Shown: piece by piece, positions 24,701 through 35,300 of the stretch
Numbering within the stretch: the stretch's first letter is position 1
Layout of the letters: each line of letters starts with the position of its first letter
NCBI RefSeq assembly: GCF_964204645.1
Contig: NC_134025.1
Span: 10,106,001 to 10,170,000, forward strand
Length of the DNA stretch: 64,000 nucleotides
Direction of reading: 5' to 3'
Origin: Tubulanus polymorphus
Taxonomy: Eukaryota; Animalia; Nemertea
The notes under the pieces: model-generated
Database searches by the model: none
What the model was told of the DNA's origin: nothing
The model's input: only the letters and a program-made list of their open reading frames with translations
Translations under genes and position numbers: made by a program

Positions 24701-26488
24701 TCCGTTCCTTTATACATTGTCAACTAGATTCTTACTGGAGCATCCTCAAATGTTGCCTACCTGGGCTCTAGCTGCCATCGCGTTTCTGAATCGTAAGTAA
24801 AGTGTAATGAAGCTATGTATGGATTTTTTTTAGAAAACACTTATAATAATGCAACTAGCCTGTCCATACGGAAGAGATAATTCTTATTAGCTTACTCTAA
24901 TAGATAAGAATATTGCTGAAGTACTTGATGCCTAATGATGAGAAAATAAACTTGAGGAAAAGGTCATTTGCTGTTAATTCGGCTCTCTATTCATTTCGAA
25001 ACTTTATCTCGAGGCTTTGTGTCCTATTCAATTTTTAGTTTTTTCTATCTCTCCTTTTCATATCCCTGCCTCCCAGTACCTACTATCTTCTTTGTATTTC
25101 CTTGAATTTTTGGGTAATTCTCGATTCACTTCCGAGCCGAGTTGTCAGTCGATGACGGTGGTCCTGTGATAAAGATTATGAGAGCTGAAGGCGTCAATAT
25201 TTCTAGCACAAAAACAACAGCGTTAAAAAGATGAACAGTAGTGTTATCTGATTTGCTGGCTAAACTCCACCCTGACATAATTTACTACCGCACGTAAATG
25301 AAAACATAAAGTTGGGATGAACTAAAGTTAATCTATTAAAAATTTTGCACAGATTCACTAGGCTACTAGACTATGATGCTATTAGGTACTAACAAGGGGA
25401 TACTAGGTAGATATTAGGTAGATATTTGTACTTTATTTTCTCGAGCGTACACTTCGTGTAACTTCATTTGCAGTTTTGGGCTATATCATATTCCGTGGGT
25501 CGAACTCTCAAAAGAACGAATTCCGCAAGAACCCATTCGACCCAGCTCTCAGTCGTGAGTATTCCTCAAACATTATGAAGCCCTCTTCTGTACGATCCAG
25601 TAATTTTTAACGGACTAGGATCTAATTCTTCATTCCAATTTTTAGATCTCGAGAGTATCCCTACTTCAGCTGGTAAACGGTTATTGGTTTCTGGATGGTG
25701 GGGTCTGTGCAGACACCCGAACTATTTGGGCGACATCATTATGGCCATCGCATGGAGTATACCTTGTGGTGAGTAGTTTTGAAATGAAGTGATCATAGAT
25801 AATTCAGGGTGGCCACTTACCTGGAAATCAGGGAAAATTCAGGGAATTTCCTTTTCTTTGAAAAATCTTTTGTAAAAAAGTTGAAAGTTGGGGAAAAGTC
25901 AGGGAAATTTTTTGAGACATCTAGATCGCGCATAAAATCAAACAGTTTCTGTTTATGTCTTACATATTTGATGGAGTTAATTGATCGGATCTTTAGCAGG
26001 TCGAGTTCGGGATCATCTGTTTGAACTGACCATACCTGTCATGAATATAGAATCGACGATTAAATGAATTTCCCTTCCACCTTAAAAAATCCAAAACCCC
26101 GAATCTGTGTTACAATTGTGTGGTGATCAAGAGCTTTTAATTTGATTTCGCTCATCAAAAGAAGAAAATTCAGCTTTCTCGATTGCTGTGTTTGGAAGCT
26201 TCCGCAAAATAGAGAAGATGTTTCCTTGATCCGTGAGAGCAAAATCGCAAAGGGCCTTTCTTACATCACTTGGTTTTGCTCGAATTTTCTCTAGGTTGTC
26301 ATTTATCTGTTGCATATTTTTTTGCAGGTTTTAAGTTTGCGCTGCCGCACTTTTACGCCGTGTATCTCGTCATGTTACTCGTGTCGCGAGCGTACAGGGA
26401 CGATCATTTCAACAAGAAGAAATACGGACACGCGTGGGACCGCTATCGTCAACGCGTTCCTTACATGATCATACCGAAAATATTTTAA
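18761..26488 (+). CDS. LBR: Lamin B receptor (Tudor + RS region + delta14-sterol reductase)
   Basis: Exons 18761-18775, 19842-19988 (Tudor [19 protein letters not shown]), 21534-21839 (RS region [22 protein letters not shown]), 22366-22542 (LDFGG), 22629-22815, 23325-23519, 24187-24410 ([23 protein letters not shown]), 24624-24792 ([14 protein letters not shown]), 25474-25554 ([12 protein letters not shown]), 25646-25768 ([18 protein letters not shown]), 26328-26488 (KKYG...[11 protein letters not shown]). All are phase-consistent; the first two exons are less certain. Confidence 0.93.
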
Positions 26489-26652
26489 CTTTGAATTATG
26501 ACAACCTCAGCATCAACATGAAAGAGAATGCCTCATTGGAAATATTGATTAAGCACCTGTGCTACTTGTACACTTGTTTTTTTTTAAGGACAAATCTTAA
26601 AAGTTATTTAGGTTTTTATTGCGTATTCGTTGAAACGTTTTATAAGGATTTA

Positions 26653-27062
26653 AGCCCCAAACACACTATGCGAATTTCGCAGCGAATTTATCGCACAGAT
26701 CGGAGCGGACACACATATGCGATCAGCTGTTAGTGACCTCATGCGGAGTTCGTGGTTATGTGATCAAATAGATGGCAGCGTCCAGGAAACTTAAAATTGT
26801 TGTTGTTGTTGCTGGTCATTGATTGGTTCGATTTCAAGTGGTTTGTGGCGAAATTCGTATCTCAAGTACACACTGCGAAAATATTCGCTGCGATAAAATT
26901 CGCTGCGAAAATATCAAACATATTTGATCGGTGCGATTTTTGCATGCGACGGATCGCACGCGAAAATCGCCTGCAGCCGACCGAACACACTATGCGAATT
27001 TTGCTGCGAAATCTGTAATCGCAGACGCTGTGCTAATAAAATCGCATAGTGTGTTCGGGCCT
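26653..27062. mobile_element. PIF/Harbinger-type MITE downstream of the LBR stop (probable 3' UTR)
   Basis: 21-bp TIRs agccccaaacacactatgcga / tcgcatagtgtgttcgggcct (2 mismatches), TTA on both flanks, internal ACACACTATGCGAA-like repeats. Confidence 0.8.
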
Positions 27063-29357
27063 TTACTCTGTCTTATTTTATAGGATAACTTCTACATAAT
27101 TACTTTTAAGGCTAGTTTTCTATTTAAAAAAAAATACTATTATTGAAAACAAGAAAATGAAACAAGAATTAATAGGATTACGTTAGCTTTTATGAGAAAT
27201 TGGGCAGCACATCTATCTTTTAAAATGTTGAATTTTGATACCGAGATGAAATTTAAGTCTTGTAATATATACCATTGTGCAATATGAATGTTATATTGCT
27301 TGATTTGGCAGAAATGAGAAAATTCTTGCTGACAATATTTACAATCATTGTAACGTAAATTGTAAATTTGAAGTTCGAATTTTGTAACTTGATTTAGGGA
27401 CCATTGGACGGGGGAACTTTGATGAAATAAGTTGGTGTTGTAAATAGTTAAAGACTATCTTTCTTGAATGTAAATTATTTTAATAATTGCAAAGGCTTTT
27501 TAGTTAGTGAAAAAAATTGTTTTATGTTAGAGATAATTTCTTGTATTAATAAGTAAGCATTTCATTTACTGCCCATTAGTTGACGGGTTACATTTTGTTC
27601 ATCTGAATACCAATTACAGGAAAATCCACTCCAGGTTATTGCACATTGATGAGATGTTCAAAGTATTCGGTTTTAACATTGTGCAGCAGATGAATATTTG
27701 AGAATTTAAACCTGCCTTTTATAGTTGAAATCATATAGCGTGTGTTATTTGTTTTTTCTTCTACCTTTCTGATAACCATCATGGTCACTTGTTAATTTTT
27801 GACGCTGCAGTATCGTGTGTATGAAATATTTTGGCGTCTAAAATCACAGATATCCGATTGTTGAAGTGAAAAAGGCTCGAAGATCCTAGAACTGTTCCTT
27901 GTTTACAGTAGACTCGGCGTATAGCGGTAGGGCCAGGACTGGCAAAATGTTACTGGTGTAGATTTTCGGATTTTTTCTTTTCACATCGACAAACACAAGG
28001 GATTGAAACACTTTTTGTTATTAAACCAGTTTGAACAGATTATCGAATAGACCAGTAGTACCCAGTAGTACCCATGTGGACAGCAGGCGCTTCTCATACT
28101 TACAAGTCATTACAGTCGACTACGCTTGTGTATTGTCATTGCATATATCATAGAAATGTTTATGGTCCCATGTTTCATTTGTTCTAAATAAGACTCTTCG
28201 ATATATTCATCTTTTATACCATATCACACTTATACGATATAAGGCGTAGTAGACTGGTATGATCGAGGATATGTGTCCTATCATGATTCGTACCCTGTAT
28301 ATTGTGACAGTCTTCTTTTATCGATAACGATTATGATTACATTATATTATTACTAGAAATATACAGGTATTATACCTATTATTAGTAAAGAATTCTGTAC
28401 ACTCTGTGTACAGATGTATAGATATATATGTATATTATGTGTACATATATTGAAATTTGAATAACGTGTGTAAATTTACTTAAGAATAAAAGAATTCCTA
28501 TGACAGAATATAAAAAATTAAATCTGATAGGGTGTACTCATTTTTTGGTGCTGCAGGGTGAATATAAGGCAGAGTTTATAGGCCTGCTGGGTTTGAGAGT
28601 GATGGTTCCGTGAGGAAAGATGATGAGAAATATGATCATGATGCATTTATCACAATGTTATGTAGTTGATAAGAAACATGCCTATGTACATTGAATACCT
28701 ATATTTACAAGTACCGTACACAATAAGAATATTATATGCATATTTTAGTTATTCATGTATGATACTGTATAGAAATATTCGAACACTGGAAATGAATTAT
28801 GAGCGTACCAAAATGAAAGAATTGTGTATTAAATTTCATCTCTGATTCTTAGATAAATTAGTTGTATATGTTTTGTCTAATGGATATTTGTGTCGGTGTC
28901 GTCTTCTTCGTGATGGTAGAGTCATCATTTAGAAAAGGAGAGTTCAAGTGCATACAGTCATTTTTATGTCAGTGGGATGAGGATAGTGGCAGCTGCCCAG
29001 GAAAGAAAGATCGCCTCTCCACTAGAAAGTTGTATTTTTATTATTTTATTTATTCAGGTAAAATCTGCTTGGTCTGACTAGGGATTTTTTGATAAGGATT
29101 GAATAAACCCAAAATCATGTGGGTCGGCACTGGCTGATAGAACCTCACCAAATTGAGGTAAGTGAAATCCGAGTTTAAGGATAGGAAAGTATGTTAAGAA
29201 ACCAGAAAAATTGATTTCGTTTTTGTCAGGTTAAGACGAAGTTTGTAATATCGGTCGGACTGGAGTCCGGCGCAGCGCCGATATTATCGCGTTTAGTTTT
29301 GAACCGGCTAGTGGCGCCGCCTTACGTCGGGCGTTAGGGAAGCTATTCGTCGCGAAG

Positions 29358-32300
29358 ATGGGTGATGGCAAGGGCGATACGACGCTTGAGCTGATAAATA
29401 ACGGCTCTTGCGGCGCGAGGAACGGATTGAATCACTTGAAAAACGGTACTATCAAATGCCACTCTAAGAAGAAAGAGGTAAGCCGGCGTTTGGATTTATT
29501 GGCAGGATAATTTGGAAAAGTTATGTAATATTGATATGTTTTGACATGTCAAAACATAGTCTGTACAAATTACGCACATCTCTGAATGTAATTCCTATGT
29601 TTTTATGGTTTGGTCGTCGATTTTACATAGGCCTAATACCAGATTGTAAATAGCTAAACCCAGAAAGCCTTCTTTAAAGTAAAATTTGTTCGAATTCAAA
29701 TTACTAATTACCTAGTGACTAGTCAAATCACAATTTAACTATGATATTGATATTTGTCATTTTGAAGGAATAACAGTCGTGACATGTTTGAATTGCTTGC
29801 GCTTTAAGTTTGTTACCTATTCCACATTCTTTGCGCTTCTTTATAATGAGATGGGCTTTGTGTTTGTACAAAAAGTATCTGATCAAGAAACTGAATTTCT
29901 GTCATTTAGCCTTAACATGAAATGCTGAGTCTGAGAGGTGTCGATCCTCCCAAAGCCAGGTTGGGTAATTTTATTATGCTATAACAAGACAAGAGCCCCT
30001 TTTTTATTAAGAGTTTAGGAAATGAGATCAACCTGTTTTGCATTTTTCTAATCAAATTTTCAAATTAATTTTTCAGAACTCAAGTGGCATGTTTTATCAA
30101 AGTTTTGAGGAGACCCCACTGGTAGTCGCTGTCATCACGTATATCGGTTATAGTATCTTGATCATTTTAGGGCATTTTCGTGATATTCTACGGAAATTGG
30201 GAATCGAGAAATCGCGAGCCATCTCCGCTATGAAGGAACCGATAAAGGAGGTAAACATTGCTTATTGTTGTCCAGAGATATAGGCTTATACTTGACAACG
30301 CCATTTAGCTTTTCATTCTGGTCTTGTCATAACCAAGGGTCAAATTTTATGAAAAGGCTAGGATTAACCATTTCAGTACATACACAGTGCTGTGCGGTGT
30401 ATTAATTGGTGATGGACTTGGCTAGTACGCCGTATCATTGTGCATTGATATTGGCCTGTATTTGGGGGGGTTCAAACAAATACGCCTGCCCTGCTCATTG
30501 ACGAAGTTCCGCCCAGATGCCGGCCTTAAGAAAATTTGAGTATCGGTTTCAAAAGATTCACCCATTGGTAACACTTTCTCATTCGTTTTCCTTCATATTA
30601 TTTGCCTGCTTCCAAACTTGGGGCCAAATCGTAGGCAAAATTCACCCCAAATATTACTAGTTGTGAAATTTCTCCTCTTAGCATCTTTTTGAGTACTCCC
30701 CGGACCCGACATCAGCGTGGACAAAAAGTTCCACTTTCACGAGAAGCAAACTCCCCAAAAACATGGCTGGTTATGGACTTGTGATGTTACTAGTAATTAG
30801 TGAATATCTCTTGGAAGTTGGACCTAGTAAGTGTTGAAATATAAGTAGGCCTACCCGGTAATTAATGATAAACCACAGCACAGCGGTCCTCAGCGGTAGG
30901 CCTGTTATGTAGAGCACTGGGGTGGAATTTTTCAAAATCTTTAGCTTAAGGTTTGAATTGTTGTCTCTTCATTGAAAACATAAAGTAGGCCTAACCAATG
31001 GCAATTACACCAAAAATTTGGGTTTAACTTTTTCGTGAAACTGGGCCCAGCACTTGGAAGCAACTATTAGTCAGCGTTGATATGGAGAAATTGGTAATTG
31101 GTTTTAGTTGTGAAAATCACAAGTTGTCATTCTTCTGGTTTCATTTTCTCAAAGTGGGTTCATGGATAGGGAAGTCTGAATACCAGGGACCGGTTTCACG
31201 AGGCCTTTAATCAGTGCAATAATGTGGTTGTTGAGATCATTAGAAATGAGAAAGCGACCACAAGACAAGTTTCGTATAACTGCTAGAATACAGTATCTTA
31301 GATAGACTAGTAGACAACGCGAAATTGTACAGTACAATCTATACACGTAATTGTAATATTTTTCTCAAATTTTGCGACTAAAATGAATCAATCGATGAAT
31401 GCATGTCAGATGCCTTGAATTATTCTGAAATTCATACCCACAATTGGATAGGATTGAAATTTATATCATTTGTGGCATAGTTTGTACTTAAGTAACAGGT
31501 GGCATTTATAACATGGATTTGAGTTTTCTATTGATCATTCCAAAAATGTGGTGGCATTCGTGTCGTTTGAATTCATAACAAACGGATTTCGATATCCTTG
31601 ATGGTATTCAATTAGGGCGACTGCAAATTAATATAAGTGTCTATGCCTTTGGCTATGCGCTCTAATCAGCGTTTATTTTCATATTTGATTCAACAGTAAT
31701 CAATGTTTTTCATAAAAAATGTGCTATGACTACACTCATGCCTTGTTCAACCCCCTGCCACACTAGACCGGGTGCGAAGCTACATGCGCAGCTTTGCCGC
31801 ACGAAAACTTGCGGCACCAATCAGATTGCTCGTTGTATAATCGCTGAGGTAAATTTCAAGGAAGAACTATATAACCTAAACCTAGGCTTAATTAAAACAG
31901 GATATCTGATTGGCTGATAATACCATCACCTAAGCTGCATCACCTAAGCTGCGCACTCGGTCTAGTGTAGCAGGATTTCATACCTTGACAATCTCGATGC
32001 TATCAGGTTCGAATCCCTGCCGGGGAGGATGGTCGCCTCCAGTTACTTTTATCGATGTAGGCTAGGCTTAATTTCAGGGTTCGAGATCAAGTCCGAGCAC
32101 CGTTATCGCCTATGACTTGTATTGATCATTTATTTTCGCAGGGCTTTGTTCCGCTATATCAGAGCTTCGAGAATTTCTACACACGTAATTTGTACACGCG
32201 TATACGGGATTGTTGGAATCGGCCCATATGTTCGGTGCCGGGCGCGTACGTAGAACTACTCGACAGGGTCACCGAAGATTACGGTTGGAATTTTAAGTAA

Positions 32301-35300
32301 GGCGTTTTCTTTATTTTATTCGGCGGCGTCCAGTTTTGCCGTCTCCGTGCTTTTTCGAGTCGTCGCCGATTTCATGTGTCTCAAAGTATCCTAATGAGAA
32401 TGAGCAACTCAAAGTTTTGAGGAATAGGCAATTAGAAATGTTTGTAGTTTGTACGTTAGACTACGTCTAAATTGGTACACTTGAGACCAGGGGGCCAGTT
32501 GCTCTGTCGAAAGTGGTCTTAAATCTGAAGACTGGTCTTGAGTTGTTAGATTGGCTATACAACTCAGTTGGTCTTAGACTGGTCTTAAGTCTAAGCCATG
32601 ACTATGCAACCAGCCCCAGGATTTTTTTACCCAATTAGGCGGTTGCCAAATCAATATGGTTCTACCAAGATAAACACAGTTCTGATTTAGGAGTCTATTT
32701 CAATTGGGCTGTGAAAGTGATGCAGTCACTTCCTTGAAATTAGTCATTTTTTCCTTGAAAACTCCTTATATCCAAGGAATGACTTATCTGTAGGGACCCT
32801 GTGATAATACTTTCTGAAAACTGTCTACCCAATACATTGTAAATCAACATTGAATTGATTGATAAAAATAAGAAATATTTAACATTAGATATCTGATTAT
32901 GATTATCATCATAGGATTTTTCCTGCACCTTGCTATTGATATTGCTACCTTTTTGCTACTGATAACAGATTCACAGGAAAGAAAACGAAAGCGATTAATT
33001 TTGGCTCTTACAACTATCTCGGGTTCGCTGAAAACAAGGGATCATGCGCTGATGATGCGATGAAAGCTGTAAGAACGTATGGAGTCGGAATTTCCGGGTC
33101 ACGACAGGAATTAGGTGAGTGTTTACCTTAGAATGGATTTATCCTTGAGGCGAACACTGATTTTATAGACATCTTAGTCTCAAAAATCAATCCTTACGCT
33201 TGATGTAAAAATAAGGTATTTTAAGGAAAATATCAACTGATTTTAACGATTAGATTTGGTGTTTGATGATTGTTAGCATTGTCATAGGAAACATCTCCTT
33301 ACATGGAATTGGGGTTAGGCCTACCAGATTTTAAAAATAAATTATTGAAGTAAATTATTGAATTAAACAATTTTCCATATACCGCATATACTTATGCATA
33401 TTTTGTAATCACATTCAATAGCAAAATTCTAGCTCGTGACAAGTTCTATGATCGTGGGAATTTCAAGGCGATGGTCTAGTGAATATTTTTACCAGCGTGT
33501 GTTGAATATTGAAATTTCCAGATCAATCATTTAACCAAGTGGGCATTGTGTCCCTAGACCCTTAGTTTAATTTTCGATATTTCCTTAAAGGAAATTTGGA
33601 TATTCACCTGGAACTGGAACGGAAAGTGGCAGAATTTGTCGGCAAAGAAGCAGCAATCACGTTTGGAATGGGATTCGCAACTAATTCGATGAATCTGCCG
33701 GCGTTAGTAGGAAAGGTGAGTAATTCAAATTTGACAGTATACAAAGGGTTTTCTGCATAACCACGCCAGACACATTTGAAATGAAAAAAGCCTGGCTGGT
33801 TAGGCTATAAGAGGTTGATGAGGTTGTTCTTAGTGCGTAATGTGGTATGAATCGCGACTGGTATCTAGACAATTCAATTGCGCAGAGAGCCCATCTTAAA
33901 TCTAGACCACAAAATAGGAACGCTGTTATTATTTTGGCAGGCATTAGTAGTTGCCGTTAAAAACAAATGCACCGGCATCAGAACTCCCAGTCTATCAGCT
34001 ATGAGCAAGCAGACGCTGAACTTGAATGGCACTTAATTACTCAATTCTGGCCAGTGTGTTCTGGGTTTTTTCGAACAAGGCAACTAGGAAAGGCTTCATG
34101 TATAGGAAAGTCGATATGCTTTTAGATTGTTATATTTCTGTTAACTTTTAAAAAGCATTTAGAAACTGTTAGGAATCTGAATATACATTTGATGGTAGAA
34201 GAACAGCGTAAAATAGATAGTAAGAATCTATAGAATAGCGATAGGGTTCCTCTTCTTCTGAACAGTAAGCCCTACTAAACCCTAATTGCGAAGGCGAACT
34301 ACATGTATTGAGAATAAGATAAAAACCCACTATTTACAGATTAAAAGAATTTAAAGACAAGAATTTATTTATTCAATCTAAAATATATACAAGGCATGAC
34401 GTTTCGATCTCACCCTAGAGATCATCGTCAGGTGTCACACCTTAATCTTTTAATCTGTAAATAGTGGGTTTTTATTTAGTGGGTGGTTATCGTTCTATGT
34501 ATTGAGAAATTTTAAGGTAAGGATACCCTGTTATTGGCTATTCAACAAAATCTTTTGATATACTTTCAGGGCTGTTTGATATTGAGCGATGAATTGAACC
34601 ACGCGTCGCTCGTGCTGGGTTCACGTCTGACCGGTGCAGCGATTAAAACCTTCAAACACAACGGTAAAAACCGTTCTCAACAGATAATGAAATTAAATCA
34701 TTTCTTCACGAGACCGGTGAAATCATTCCAAACTCGTTCATGTATGAAGTTGTCGTAATACGGGCTTCTGTACTTCTTATAGATATGGCGAATCTAGAAA
34801 AGAAATTACAAGAAGCGATCGTCTATGGTCAACCGAGAACTCACCGACCTTGGAAAAAGATTTTGATCATTATTGAGGGGATTTACAGGTACAAAGAATC
34901 CTGAGACCAGTTGCTCGAAAGTTGGTTAGAGTTAACTAGTGGATAATTGACATAGCGACAATTGAAAGCTCATTGCTACTATGGTATTTATCAGCTGGTT
35001 ATTTTCGACCAACCTTTTAGCAACTGGCCCCTGCGACTTTTCAAATTTTTGATTGCAGGGTGGCCATTGACCTGGGAAACTCAGGGAATCATAAAAATCA
35101 GGGAAAACTCTGGGAGTTTGAAAAATTTCACCAAAAACCTGGAGCTCATTCAAGGAATTTGGATAATGTTATTGCCCACGTTTTGCTTTATTAGTGTATG
35201 TGATTCACTGAAAATGAATGAATTGTAACATTTTAAGCGTAGAAATTTCTCTGATTTACTCAGGGAATTTAGTGTCATCATTATGGCAAACTCAGGGGAT

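Noticed and set aside
24950-25210. Possible second degenerate Penelope pLTR/hammerhead in an LBR intron
   Set aside because: The core motifs CUGANGA and GAAA are not intact.
31995-32030. tRNA gene suggested by GGTTCGAATCCC
   Set aside because: No A-box or cloverleaf upstream; it is part of a repeat arm.
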